Positions 48,641 through 59,745 of a stretch of 64,000 nucleotides of DNA are shown here, one piece after another; the stretch's first letter is position 1; each line of letters begins with the position of its first letter. The stretch is taken from contig CAVUYC010000015.1 of the NCBI GenBank assembly GCA_963745605.1, positions 11,437 through 75,436 on the forward strand, read 5' to 3'. The notes under the pieces are model-generated. The model was not told the origin of the DNA, did no database searches, and worked only from the letters and a program-made list of their open reading frames with translations. Both the position numbers and the translations under genes were made by a program. The stretch comes from an uncultured Chloroflexia bacterium (GTDB lineage: Bacteria > Chloroflexota > Dehalococcoidia > Dehalococcoidales > UBA2162).

Positions 48641-50337
48641 CCCTTGGCTAACCTCACATCCACCACCGCCACTTTACCTGCGCCCACTGCTCGGAGTCCC
48701 TCTTTCAGCGAGGAAAGTACTTCGTCAGGATCCTCCACACGTTTCCCAAATCCGCCGCATGTCCGCGAGACAAGTGCGTAGTCTGGAGGAGGAGAAATGT
48801 CGACCCCACAAAAATATCCTTGCTCGTCCGAAAGGCGGCTTTCGGACATTCTCTCAACGATGGATCTGATCGCACCGTAGGACTGGTTATTGAAGACGAC
48901 TGACAGGAAAGGAGCCCCGAGCGAAGTCGCGGACCACAATGTGGCTACAGGACAACCCCAGACGAAACCACCGTCGGTCAGCACACTAACCACCGTCTTT
49001 TCTGGAGCCCCCACCTTGGCTCCCAATGCAGCCCCGAGAGCCCAATTGATGGAACCGCCGGCGCAGGCCAGCAATGTGAACGGATTGGACCGGTCAATTT
49101 GCGCCGCGATCGAAGATGATTGAGAAATGAGATGGTTAACCAATATCGCATCCTCGTCGAGGACCCGGTTGAGGCAATATGCTACCCAGTCGGGATGAAT
49201 CGGTTTCGCCGAAGCTCTATCGATCGCGACAGCCTTACGATCCTCCCGGCGCCTTTGATATTCTGATCTCAGCCTCTCCCCTCGTGCCCTAAACTCGTCT
49301 CGGTTCTGGGCGTTGACCTTCTCCCTGATAATTCGTACCAGGGCAGGAAGGACTTCTCTGGAATCGGCCTTCAGGAATACGGCGGCACCCCTTCCCCACA
49401 AAGAACGCCCCTGAGTCAGGGGATCGACGTCTATGTGAAGTAGAGTGGCATCAGGCTTTGGCATGCCCTCTGCGGGGACGTAGGGAAGGTCATAATCTAC
49501 GGCCAAGACGACATCTGCCTCGGTCAATGCAATATTAGCCTTGGCTCCCCCTCCCATCTCCTCCATACCTGCGCACAGCGGATGAGTGGTAGGGAAATTC
49601 ATTCTCGTCAGGCCCGGCATTACCGAAGCTCCCAGCATTTCAGCCAGATCCACCAGAGATCTAATTGTCTCCGGGTATCTACCGGTGGATCCGGGGACAA
49701 TTAATGGATTCCTTGCGGATATCATCGTGTTGGCTATCTTCTCCAGTGCGGCACCATCTGGATTAGGCAAGGATGCAGGCGACGACCGGTAATCTTCAGG
49801 TCTGCGAGGCATTATGTTCCGTACAAACGCGTCCCTAGCGTAAGACAAATAGACCGGGCCTCTCGGTTCGGTCATCGCGATGTCGAACCCGCGCTGAAAC
49901 GCCTCGTGCAGATCTTCATCAGGCCCGATAGTGTGGTCCCACTTCACGCAATTGCGCACCATGGTCCCCTGGTCATACTGTTCACCCCTCCAGTTAACCC
50001 GCTGAGGTCCGGCAGCCAGGCCCGCCATCAACACCACGGGAATACGACCCCATTGAGCGTTGTGAACTGCGCCACCCACCTGCTGAGTCCCCAACTCGCT
50101 GTGCACCATCACCACCTGTGGCTTTCCTGAGACCATGTAGTGCCCGTGGGCGGCGCTCATCGCAACAGACTCATGCAGGCACATCCGCAATTGCGGAGAG
50201 GGCTTTCCCGAAACCCTGTACTTCAACAAGGCAACCTGCAAAGGGCAGATGTCACCACCGGGATTGAAGAAGATATGTTCTACGCCGTTGGCATTGAGTA
50301 CCTCTATGAATGCATCAACACCCTGGTACGTTTCCAT
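48637..50337 (-). CDS. Thiamine pyrophosphate-dependent enzyme (acetolactate synthase/benzoylformate decarboxylase superfamily)
   Basis: LHESVAMSAAHG, PRGPVYL, TPP motif TDGGF...VFNNQSY. Confidence 0.9.
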   Translation of the reverse strand: METYQGVDAFIEVLNANGVEHIFFNPGGDICPLQVALLKYRVSGKPSPQLRMCLHESVAMSAAHGHYMVSGKPQVVMVHSELGTQQVGGAVHNAQWGRIPVVLMAGLAAGPQRVNWRGEQYDQGTMVRNCVKWDHTIGPDEDLHEAFQRGFDIAMTEPRGPVYLSYARDAFVRNIMPRRPEDYRSSPASLPNPDGAALEKIANTMISARNPLIVPGSTGRYPETIRSLVDLAEMLGASVMPGLTRMNFPTTHPLCAGMEEMGGGAKANIALTEADVVLAVDYDLPYVPAEGMPKPDATLLHIDVDPLTQGRSLWGRGAAVFLKADSREVLPALVRIIREKVNAQNRDEFRARGERLRSEYQRRREDRKAVAIDRASAKPIHPDWVAYCLNRVLDEDAILVNHLISQSSSIAAQIDRSNPFTLLACAGGSINWALGAALGAKVGAPEKTVVSVLTDGGFVWGCPVATLWSATSLGAPFLSVVFNNQSYGAIRSIVERMSESRLSDEQGYFCGVDISPPPDYALVSRTCGGFGKRVEDPDEVLSSLKEGLRAVGAGKVAVVDVRLAKG

Positions 50338-50395
50338 AGTCTCCCCTTATCGCTCACACAGAGCGCTCAGACGAAAATCGACCCAGCAGGGCTCG

Positions 50396-51244
50396 TCAGG
50401 CAACCATTCCACCGTCCACGTTGATGCTCTGACCGGTGATGTTCTTTGCGTCGTCAGATGCTAAGAATGCTACTGTCCGCCCGATGTCTTCAGGAGTCTG
50501 CTCCCTCCCAAGCGGAACGCGAGACACTACGTACTTGTCAAAGTATTCACGGGCCGAAAGCCCGGCTGCCTCCGGAGTCGCTTCAAGCCGTCTCGGAAAG
50601 CTTCGCTCGTACAACGGGGTATATAGCACTCCGGGGCACACGCAATTTACGTTGACGTTGTGTTCCGCCAACTGAAGAGCAAGCATGCGCGTGAAATGAA
50701 TCACTCCCGCCTTGGCAACTCCGTAGCTCATCATCGGCGAGAACAGCCTCGCCTTTAGATCCGCACCACCCCTTGATCCACCGCCTGCGCCCGGCCTGCC
50801 TGCAATGGATGCTACGTTTACAATCTTGCCGGAATGCTGCCGAATCAGAACCGGCGCGATAGCCCGGCTCATCACCATTGTTGCCTTGAGATTCAATTGG
50901 ACGGTGTCGTCCCATTCCTTCTCTTCCGAGTAGTCGGCCTTCGGGTTTTCGTAGTAGTACCGCGACTCCCCACCCACGTTATTTACCAGAATATCCACCT
51001 TACCGAATGCACTTATCATCTTGTCCAGCGACTGCGCGGCCAGTGAACTGTCGGTAGCGTTCGCCGACATCGCTAACGCCTTGGTGCCTGTCTGGTGCAC
51101 AAGCAGAGCAGTCTCCTCAGCATGAGCGATGTTCAGATCCAGTACACCCACATGAGCGCCCTCGCTCGCCAGGCACAGAGCAATCCCCCTTCCAATTCCT
51201 GCTCCTCCCCCTGTAACCAGAGCGATCTTGCCTTCTAACTTCAT
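50396..51244 (-). CDS. SDR family oxidoreductase
   Basis: TGGGAGIG, LVNNVG, YGVAK, ITGQSINVDGG; ATG 51244 after GGAGG. Confidence 0.93.
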   Translation of the reverse strand: MKLEGKIALVTGGGAGIGRGIALCLASEGAHVGVLDLNIAHAEETALLVHQTGTKALAMSANATDSSLAAQSLDKMISAFGKVDILVNNVGGESRYYYENPKADYSEEKEWDDTVQLNLKATMVMSRAIAPVLIRQHSGKIVNVASIAGRPGAGGGSRGGADLKARLFSPMMSYGVAKAGVIHFTRMLALQLAEHNVNVNCVCPGVLYTPLYERSFPRRLEATPEAAGLSAREYFDKYVVSRVPLGREQTPEDIGRTVAFLASDDAKNITGQSINVDGGMVA

Positions 51245-51407
51245 GCAACCTCCCGCAAAAATAGCGCGACATTCAGACAGGTTTCGGCAACATACTAAGC
51301 AACGCCTTGCCATTAATCAAGTACACGGAACCGGCCGCCACTCGCTTTGCAGACACGATTCGGCTTGAGCGCGAGCGAAGACACTAATATAATCAGGGAT
51401 ACAGACC

Positions 51408-52238
51408 ATGCCGTTACCAGTAACCCTTACAAAACGCCAAATCGAGGAAGTCTTCAACGGCTCCGCTTACCTCTACGACCGTTCCGGGCCGAGCATTTTC
51501 CAGAGGTTCGGCAATCGTTTGGCTAGCAGCATGCCTCTTGCTGCAGGAATGCGAGTCCTCGACGTCGCCACCGGAACGGGAGCTGTACTTATTCCATCCG
51601 CTCGAATGGCATCTCCGAACGGCAACGTCGTTGGCATTGACATTTCCGAAACCATCTTGAGCCGCGCCAGACGAGAGGCCGAGGCCAGCGGCCTGGCCAA
51701 CATCGAACTTTTGAGGATGGATGCCGAGGCACTGGACTTTCCAGACGGGTCTTTCGACGCCGTCACGTGCGCGTTCGCCCTTTTCATGTTTCCTGAAATG
51801 AATCGGGCACTCGAGGAAATGTACAGAGCGTGCAGAACCGGCGGTTATCTCGGCATAACATACTTCTCCAAGTCACCCCCACCGTTCGATCCGGGCTGGC
51901 GAGTTTTCGCCCAGCTGTCAACTGAATACGGTGTGGCACGCAGGATGCCGCAGCAGTTGGGCTCGACCCTCGAAGAGTTGAACGAGACCGTGACAAAAGC
52001 AGGGTTCACTCCAATCAAATCCCAAGTGGAAGACAACGACATCTGCTATGAGACATTCGAAGACTGGTGGGGTTTCATCATGACGCTTGGCTCCAGGAAC
52101 GCAGTCCTGAGTCTTGATGAGGCAAACAGGGAGCGCTTCAAACAGGACTATCAGGCCAGACTAGCTGCCCTCAAACAGGAGGACGGCTTCCACATGAACA
52201 CAGGCGTACTTTATGTTGTGGCTCAGCGACGTTCCTGA
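51408..52238 (+). CDS. Class I SAM-dependent methyltransferase (UbiE-like)
   Basis: VLDVATGTG, MDAEALDFPDGSFDAV. Confidence 0.88.
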   Translation: MPLPVTLTKRQIEEVFNGSAYLYDRSGPSIFQRFGNRLASSMPLAAGMRVLDVATGTGAVLIPSARMASPNGNVVGIDISETILSRARREAEASGLANIELLRMDAEALDFPDGSFDAVTCAFALFMFPEMNRALEEMYRACRTGGYLGITYFSKSPPPFDPGWRVFAQLSTEYGVARRMPQQLGSTLEELNETVTKAGFTPIKSQVEDNDICYETFEDWWGFIMTLGSRNAVLSLDEANRERFKQDYQARLAALKQEDGFHMNTGVLYVVAQRRS

Positions 52239-52312
52239 ATCGCGGTTCGTTGACTCCTGCCACGGACGGTCCATGGGCGCTCTGCCCCTTTTAGAATGCT
52301 CTCGAGGTCAAA

Positions 52313-53464
52313 TTGCAGTCGATCTATGACGCAATAGTTGTAGGAGCCGGGCCTGCGGGTTCATCGTCGGCATACGAATTGGCTTTCAGCGGCTTGACCG
52401 TTCTCCTGGTGGACAAAGCAGTGTTTCCCAGGCAGAAATGCTGCGGCGGCGGTGTCACAGTCAAGGCATCAAAGTTCCTCGGCGATGTTCTTCAGGAGGC
52501 CGGTGAGAAGACGATTTCCAACGCCACTTTCAAGTCAGGTCGCAGTACGTTTCTAGGACGCGCGGACGGGACGGTGATTACGACTGTGTCCAGGCAACGG
52601 CTTGACCATCATATGCTTCTCCGGGCCGAAAAGGCTGGCGCATACGTTCTTCAAGGTACAGGGGCAAGTGCTCTGACCCCGCACGCCGATTCGGTAGACG
52701 TGAATACCACCGGGGGAACGTACCGTGGCAGGTTCATCATCGGGGCGGACGGGGCAAGAGGGGTCGTGGCACGCTCGATCGGTGTGCGCCACCAATCTGG
52801 CTTCGCTGGCATCGAGACCGAGGTCGCTGTCGACCCCCAGGAGGCCAGAGATTGGGAATCCACCATCCTCGTAGACCTCGGATGGACTGCAAAGGGATAC
52901 GCGTGGCTGTTCCCCAAGAAAGACCATTTCTCGCTGGGCATCGGGTGCCTGGTTGGGACGGCCGCCGGCCTCAAGCAGAAGTACTGGCGATTCCTGAATT
53001 CTCTGGACCTGAAGAACTACCGGATCACCGACTGGTCGGCGGGATTCATACCGATGTACACACAGAGGCCAACGGTCACCGCAGGTAGAATAGCCATCGT
53101 CGGGGATGCGGCCGGCCTCGCAGACCCCCTCACCGGTGAAGGGATAGGGAACGCCGTCCTGAGCGCTCACATGGCTTCAGAGGCCGTCAAAGATGCGATC
53201 GCGCACGGTCATAATGATCTCTCTGCCTACCAGAAAGCCGTGGAAAGGGACATTGTGCCCGACATCGAGGCCGCGAGATTTCTCAGCCGGATCATCTTCA
53301 GGCTGCCTGGAAGAATGCTGGACATCGCCCGTCTTGACGGCAGACTCTGGCAAGCCGGTTGCTCTTTGGTCCGCGGCCAGACGCGGTATTCCTCAATCAA
53401 AGGCCGGGTAGGAAGTATCCCCGGGCTGTACTCCCTTCTCCGCGGTAAGGCGCTAGGCTCCTAG
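52313..53464 (+). CDS. Geranylgeranyl reductase family flavoprotein
   Basis: IVVGAGPAG, FPRQKCCGGG, IGADG, YAWLFPK, VGDAAGLADPLTGEGI. Confidence 0.9.
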   Translation: MQSIYDAIVVGAGPAGSSSAYELAFSGLTVLLVDKAVFPRQKCCGGGVTVKASKFLGDVLQEAGEKTISNATFKSGRSTFLGRADGTVITTVSRQRLDHHMLLRAEKAGAYVLQGTGASALTPHADSVDVNTTGGTYRGRFIIGADGARGVVARSIGVRHQSGFAGIETEVAVDPQEARDWESTILVDLGWTAKGYAWLFPKKDHFSLGIGCLVGTAAGLKQKYWRFLNSLDLKNYRITDWSAGFIPMYTQRPTVTAGRIAIVGDAAGLADPLTGEGIGNAVLSAHMASEAVKDAIAHGHNDLSAYQKAVERDIVPDIEAARFLSRIIFRLPGRMLDIARLDGRLWQAGCSLVRGQTRYSSIKGRVGSIPGLYSLLRGKALGS

Positions 53465-53756
53465 CCCTTGGCCTGCCGGTCGAACTCGTCCCGTCCGCCG
53501 CCCAACAATCAGGTGACCCCTGCTCCAACACAAACGAGCCGGATCAAACCGCCCCCGACCTCAAACGAGTCCTGCAGCTAGCCTCGTCCGCTCACACACA
53601 TTCGTTCCACGTCGTGCATCGATACCCAAAGGAGCACAACCGCTCAAGAGGAATGTACCTACCCTATTGCGGTATTCCATTCGATGCCTGCGCGAGACTC
53701 AACCGTTACACTGAAATCATCAGACGGGCAATCTTTGTCTTTGGAGGCTTCGCACT

Positions 53757-56441
53757 ATGGACCAGATAGCCTCGTTCTTTTCCCCTAAAAGCATCGCAAT
53801 CCTCGGATCGAGTGACAGGGAAGGATCAGTCCCCCGAATCATTCTTGACCACGCCCTCGAGGGCAAAGAGCAGCGCAAGGTATACGCCGTCGGCAATAAA
53901 GAAAGAGTCTACGATTTGCCCTTGTACCCCAAACTGTCCGACATGCCTGAGCCAGTCGAACTGGCCGTGATCGTTTTGAGGGCTGAGGCCGTGCCGGACG
54001 CCATGCTCGACTGTGCAAAGGCCGGCGTCAAGGCCACCGTGATTATCTCGGCCGGCTTCAAGGAAGTGGGGGATGAGGGCAGAAAGAGGGAGGAATTGGT
54101 CCTTGAGACTGCCCGGCAGCACGGCATCAGAATATTGGGCCCGAACTGTCTTGGCGTCATAAGGCCAAGTTCCCGCCTCAACTCGACCTTCTACGGGAAG
54201 ATACCTAAGCCAGGCAATATTACGTTCCTTTCCCAGAGCGGCGCATTGGGAACAGCGGTTTTGGACTGGGCCATAAGCAAGGACATCGGTTTCAGCGCGT
54301 TCGCGTCTCTTGGCTCTATGGCCGACGTGGACTTCGGCGATCTCATTGATTACTTCGGCAACGATCCCGAGACCAAGAGCATCATCATATACATGGAGTC
54401 TATCGGGGCGACTCTATCCAACGCCCGCAAATTCGTGAGCGCAGCGAGAGGCTTCGCACGAAATAAACCCATCATCATCCTGAAGCCGGGCGAGTTCGCC
54501 GAAAGCAACAAGGCAGCAATGTCACACACTGGCTCAATGGTCGGCGAGGACTCCTACTACGACGCCGTCTTCGATAGGGCAGGGGTGGTCAGAGTCAAAG
54601 AAATCGCCGAGCTTTTTGACTGCGCCACCATACTCAACACCGCCTCTCTGCCCAAGGACCCCAGGATAGCCATAGTTACCAACGCGGGAGGTCCGGGAGT
54701 TCTCGCCACCGATGCAATCCTAAGGCGAGAAGGGATATTAGCCACAATCAGCCAGGAGACGATAGCAGAACTTAACAAGGTGCTTCCTCCTACCTGGAGC
54801 AAAGGCAACCCGATCGATATCATCGGTGACGCCACGCCACAACGATTTGCTGTTACTTTGGAGAAGACCTTTCGCGACCCCAACATCGGCGGCATCACGG
54901 TCATTTACGTCCCCACCTCCACCACTTCGCCGATGTCATTGGCCAGGGAGCTCGTCAAGATAGCCCCAACGACGTCCAAGCCTCTCGTCAGCGTCCTTAT
55001 GGGAGGAGATGAGGCCGCACAAGCCAGGCAACTCCTCCTGGACAACCGACTGCCGGCCTACGAATTCCCCGAAGACGCGATCAAGACCTACCAGTACATG
55101 TACAAGTACGCCCATAACCTGCAGATGCTCTACGAGACCCCCGAGGACTGGCCCGTTGACACGGCAGCGCCAAAGAACTACCTCAAAATGATGGTTTACA
55201 ACGCCATCCGCGAGAACAGGCTCGTTCTTACTGAGGAAGACTCGAAGAAGCTAATCACCGCCTACCGAATCCGGGCCACGGTCCCTTTGCTGGCCAGGAG
55301 CGCTGCAGAGGCCGCAAGCCTGGCCTCCGACATGGGACTCCCGGTGGCTATGAAGATCGCTTCCAAGGAGATATCGCATAAGTCCGACGTCGGCGGAGTG
55401 ATGCTCAACCTGCGGACTCAAGACGCTGTAAACAAGGCTTTTACCGAGATGGTAGGAAGGGTCAAGAAGGCCGTTCCCTCTGCCACCATTGACGGCGTTA
55501 CGCTTCAGCCGATGGTATTGGGTGCGGACTACGAACTCATCGTTGGGGCCAAGAAGGACCCCACACTGGGACCGGTAATCTTGTTCGGCCTTGGCGGCAC
55601 AAGCGCGGAATTCTTCCGAGACGTTTCGGTAGGCTTGCCCCCTTTGAACCAGGTACTTGCCAGAAGAATCATCCAAAAGGCTAAGGTCTATAGCATGCTT
55701 GCCAAGGGTTTCCGGAACCACCCTCCGGCGGACCTTCTCAAGATCGACGAGGTGCTCATCAGGGTGTCCGAAATGATCATCGATTTTCCCGAGATCAAGG
55801 AACTGGACATCAACCCGCTCGTCGTTACGCGTGACTCCGTGATCGCCCTCGATGCACGTGTCGTGCTTGACCCCACTGTCAGGCCGGACATCGAGAGCAA
55901 AGAGCACTTAATTGTGTCCCCCTATCCAACCAGGTATGTGGAACAATGGCGCACCGAGGACGATCGGGCGATGATCATACGACCCATACGTCCTGAGGAT
56001 GAGTCCCTTGAACGCCAGTTGATCGCAGGGCTGTCCAAGGATGCTCAAAGATACCGTTTCTTTCAGCCCATAAAGGACATTACGCACGAAATGCTGACCA
56101 GATTCTGCAACATCGACTATGAGAGGGAAATGGCTTTCGTTGCGGAGTACGAGGAGAACGGAAAGCGACGTTTCGTCGGGGCGGCTCGCCTGATCCTGGG
56201 CCCAGACCTGTTTCAGGGCGAATTCGCCGTAGTCGTCGCTGACGACTTCCAGGGAGTCGGGCTCGGCCTGAAACTCAGCGACAAACTAATCGGCTTTGCT
56301 CACGACAAAGGAGTCAGACGCATCTACGCAACGGCATTGTCGGACAACACTCGGATGCTGAACCTTGGTCGCAAGTTGAGTTTCGCCATCAAAGATCATC
56401 ACAACGGCGAAATGGAATTGAGCCTCGAACTGGCACACTGA
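53757..56441 (+). CDS. Acetate-CoA ligase (ADP-forming)-like/GNAT fusion (Pat-like)
   Basis: SAGFKE, GPNCLG, SQSG, SHTGS, TNAGGPG, NPIDI, HKSDVGGV, ELDINP, C-terminal GNAT (FQGVGLG). Confidence 0.93.
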   Translation: MDQIASFFSPKSIAILGSSDREGSVPRIILDHALEGKEQRKVYAVGNKERVYDLPLYPKLSDMPEPVELAVIVLRAEAVPDAMLDCAKAGVKATVIISAGFKEVGDEGRKREELVLETARQHGIRILGPNCLGVIRPSSRLNSTFYGKIPKPGNITFLSQSGALGTAVLDWAISKDIGFSAFASLGSMADVDFGDLIDYFGNDPETKSIIIYMESIGATLSNARKFVSAARGFARNKPIIILKPGEFAESNKAAMSHTGSMVGEDSYYDAVFDRAGVVRVKEIAELFDCATILNTASLPKDPRIAIVTNAGGPGVLATDAILRREGILATISQETIAELNKVLPPTWSKGNPIDIIGDATPQRFAVTLEKTFRDPNIGGITVIYVPTSTTSPMSLARELVKIAPTTSKPLVSVLMGGDEAAQARQLLLDNRLPAYEFPEDAIKTYQYMYKYAHNLQMLYETPEDWPVDTAAPKNYLKMMVYNAIRENRLVLTEEDSKKLITAYRIRATVPLLARSAAEAASLASDMGLPVAMKIASKEISHKSDVGGVMLNLRTQDAVNKAFTEMVGRVKKAVPSATIDGVTLQPMVLGADYELIVGAKKDPTLGPVILFGLGGTSAEFFRDVSVGLPPLNQVLARRIIQKAKVYSMLAKGFRNHPPADLLKIDEVLIRVSEMIIDFPEIKELDINPLVVTRDSVIALDARVVLDPTVRPDIESKEHLIVSPYPTRYVEQWRTEDDRAMIIRPIRPEDESLERQLIAGLSKDAQRYRFFQPIKDITHEMLTRFCNIDYEREMAFVAEYEENGKRRFVGAARLILGPDLFQGEFAVVVADDFQGVGLGLKLSDKLIGFAHDKGVRRIYATALSDNTRMLNLGRKLSFAIKDHHNGEMELSLELAH

Positions 56442-56479
56442 ATGCGTACCGGCAAAGAGACGATATTCTAAACGGAGAG

Positions 56480-57608
56480 CTATTTCGTCAAGGCAGCACC
56501 AACAAGCGATCGGTTTATCTCCAGGGATGTGGCGATCCCCGCGGCTCCCGCGACGGCTCGCGACAGCATCTCGATCTTGAGCTCCCTGGTGTACCCGTAT
56601 GCCCCATGCAATTGTCGCGCCATTTCCGTGATCTGAATTATGGTAGGGACGACGAACAGCTTGGCAGTCGCCGCCTCAGTGATCCAATCGGCGGATTGAG
56701 CATCGGCAAGAGAGGCCGCACGGTAGGTCATCATCCGACTTGCCTGAAGTCGCGAGTAGATGTCGGCCAACATCCACTTTATGCCCTGCAGTGAAGCGAT
56801 CGGCTTGCCTCTGGATTTTCGCGTTTTGGCGTACCTTATAGCTTCGTCCAACGCCGCCTGGCCAATTCCGACACAGGCAGCACATTGCTCTATCTTTTCA
56901 ATCGCAATCCAATAAAGGAGGACGTCAAAACCCTTCCCCTTGGTGCCAAGAAGCCCGTTCAATGGAATCTTGACCTCGTGAAAGAGGACATCAGCTGCTT
57001 CCATTCCACCGCCACCCATCAAGTCCCACATTTTTGAGACCGAATACCCCTTCACGTTCTTCTTCGAGATGAAAGCCGTGCAGTCGCCCCGTTCATCCTT
57101 GGCATAGACCACAGCAATGCCATCGCGTGCTCCGAAACTGCTAAAACGCTTGAGACCGTTGAGCACGTAGTGGTCCCCTTGTAGAACCGCTGTAGCCGCA
57201 AGTGCCGAGGCGTCTGAGCCCGTCTCCTCCTCAGTGAACTGGACACTTGGATACGCACTCCCATCACAGAGTGGTGGAATGAACTGACGTTTTTGTTCCT
57301 CAGATCCGAAATGGGAAATGCAGTCGGTAACGCTATTTGAGAACCCGATGAGCCACCAGGCGCCCGTTCCCGAGTAGGCTACCTGCTCGCACGCAAGCGC
57401 TGCATTCAACTTCCCGGCCTGGTTGCCACCGTAGGCCCTCGGGGCGGCTATTCCCAGCAAACCCACATCTGCCATCTTTCCGATCAGGCCATCCGGCAGT
57501 CTTCCATCTCCATCGATCTGGCGAGCCGTCGGATCAATTTCTGCGCTCGCGAAACTTCCTTACCATCATTTGAAGAGCGAGTTGTTCCTCGCCCAGGACA
57601 AAGTCCAT
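56480..57608 (-). CDS. Acyl-CoA dehydrogenase, +1 frameshift in the T-run near 57554
   Basis: MDFVLGEEQLALQMMVRKF from ATG 57608 (SD GGAG), continuing in the frame of ORF 56480-57475 (FTEEETGSD, LHGAYGY). Confidence 0.88.
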
Positions 57609-57813
57609 AATGTCTCCTTCTTCAGAAACATTACGAGTCTAATACAGAAATAGCGAGCGAGGCAAAGGTTGGATCCCGTCGCTGAAGGGCGCCTAAAACG
57701 AATCAGTGATTTGTGGCGAACCTTCACCCAAACCCCAATCTGAAGGATTCTCTCCACCTCGACCTCTCGCGGCTATAATGCAGTCAGCCGACACTGCTTG
57801 ATGAGGTCCCAAG

Positions 57814-58185
57814 TTGGAAGTGAAAAGTCTCGCCTTAGTGGTGGACGATGAGCCAGGAATCCTGCGTTTCGTAAAGATAAGTCTACAGACAGCCGGTTTC
57901 GATGTGATAGCCACCTCGAACGCCGTCGATGCTTTGCAGTTGGCCCGATCAGGGACGCCCGACATCTTGATCCTCGATCTCTATATGGAACCGATGACTG
58001 GCTTCGACGTGCTCAGGGAGCTGAGGACTTTTTCGCTCTTGCCCGTAGTCATAATCACCGCGCATCAAGAGGCCGCGGAAATGGCTCTTGAGCAAGGGGC
58101 AAACGGCCTCGTCGCGAAACCGTTCAATCCAAGAGACCTTATCAGGGAAATCAGACGTGTGTTGAAGGAGGAGTCGGACCTTTAA
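57814..58185 (+). CDS. Single-domain response regulator
   Basis: VVDDE, PDILILDLYM, IITAH, AKPF. Confidence 0.88.
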   Translation: MEVKSLALVVDDEPGILRFVKISLQTAGFDVIATSNAVDALQLARSGTPDILILDLYMEPMTGFDVLRELRTFSLLPVVIITAHQEAAEMALEQGANGLVAKPFNPRDLIREIRRVLKEESDL

Positions 58186-58205
58186 TTGCACCCTTCACTG
58201 GCGCG

Positions 58206-59118
58206 TCAGCAGATCCGATTGCGTCCGCCTTCCTTTGCCTTACACAGGTTGAATTCAGCTCTGTAAGTCAGTGTACCAACATCGTCCCCTGTTCCATATG
58301 CAGCGAGTCCACCGCTTACCGAGATTGGCACTTCCTCGGTGGACCCATGTGCTGCGCCCAGGCCCTCTACCTGACCGCGCACGCTGCTCGGCAGCTATCC
58401 GTGCCGAATGCAAGTCAGTGTGGGGGAACACGACGATGAATTCGTCTCCACCATAGCGTCCCCTTATGTCAACATCTCTTGTTCTTCTTTCGAGAGTGGT
58501 GGCAATCCTTACCAGCATACCGTCGCCAAAGCCACGTCCGTGGTCGGAGTTGAGGGCGCCCATCGAATCCACATCAAGAAGGAGTACGCTGAGATACTCT
58601 CCGTACCGTCTGGCTCTGCCGATGCTCTCGTCTAGCCTCGCCATAGCAGACCGCCGGTTCAGCAGACCGGTCAACGGATCGCGATTGGCAAATCGGTCCA
58701 GCGCCTCCTTGTGAGTCTCTCCCCGCTGGATGGCCCGCCACTTCCCCATCGCGCTCTCAACTGCCTGGAACAAATCGTCCCGAGACATGGAATTCTTTGA
58801 GACTGTCGCCACCGCGCCATTGCCAAGAATCTCCGCCAACTCATTCTGAGTTTGATCAACCAGCACCACTACGGGGGCTGACTGACTCTCCACCAGATGC
58901 TTCAGCCAGAAACGGCACTCATCCGATTGATCGTCGCTCACCACAACGAGGCCAACGTTGCCCGCTTCAACGCCCTTTTTCAACTCCGAGAATTCCGTCG
59001 CTTCCTCTACGACAGCATCCTTCTCAAGGGAGCGGAAGAAGGCTCCCACCAGCCACCTGTCAGGGCCGTTCTTATCGTAAAGAAGAACGCTTGGAGATTT
59101 CGAATCGGCTTGCTGCAT
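58206..59118 (-). CDS. Diguanylate cyclase (degenerate REC + GGDEF), frameshift near 58385
   Basis: DPLTGLLNRR, RDVD I-site, RYGGDEF; corrected frame continues ISVSGG...AKEGGRNRIC to TGA at 58206. Confidence 0.85.
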
Positions 59119-59413
59119 CTTGTCCTATTCCCGATTGGTCAGATTATAGCCACTGAACCATACCATTCCTCATTCTAAGCAACGCTAAACGACGTTACAT
59201 CACCAAGAAGTAACCCTGAAGGCCGTACCATCAACCTACAAAACAGTCCGGACTGCCTGGTACCTGCAAGTTCCGCTAATTGGCGAGTTGAATGAAGGGC
59301 AAATCAAGGCCAAACGAGGACGAAACGAAGACTGTTCTAAGAAGCTGGCGCCTTAAAGGAAATTCGAGACTGGGTGTCTAGACCAGCGTCCCGCCTCTGG
59401 TTGTGGTCGGATC

Positions 59414-59689
59414 CTAACCCCCGGTCGCTAGAAGAATGAGAACAACCCTGTCTCCTGGCTTGAGGCGAAGGTCGTGGTCATCAGAAATGAAGAGACTGTT
59501 GATGTAGAATCCGTAGTTTTCAATCAGATTCTTGCCATCCGGCTGAATCACGTGACCAACCAACGCAGGCATTTTTTCGGCGAGCGCAGCCACTACTTGT
59601 TGTACGGTGGCCTGCTCCGGCACCTCAACCTGCGTCGAGTTCGTCTGAGCAAAAGGTGAGAGCCCAAACATTTCCACGGTCAGAATCAT
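59414..59689 (-). CDS. MoaD/ThiS family sulfur carrier
   Basis: 91-aa ubiquitin-like protein, LKPGDRV, C-terminal GG; follows the AOR gene. Confidence 0.88.
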   Translation of the reverse strand: MILTVEMFGLSPFAQTNSTQVEVPEQATVQQVVAALAEKMPALVGHVIQPDGKNLIENYGFYINSLFISDDHDLRLKPGDRVVLILLATGG

Positions 59690-59704
59690 AATTGTTGACT
59701 ATTC

Positions 59705-59729
59705 AGGGGCACCCGAAACGGGTGCCCCT
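59705..59729. other. Intercistronic hairpin between AOR and MoaD genes
   Basis: AGGGGCACCCG-AAA-CGGGTGCCCCT perfect inverted repeat. Confidence 0.6.
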
Positions 59730-59745
59730 CTCCACAAATAACAGA

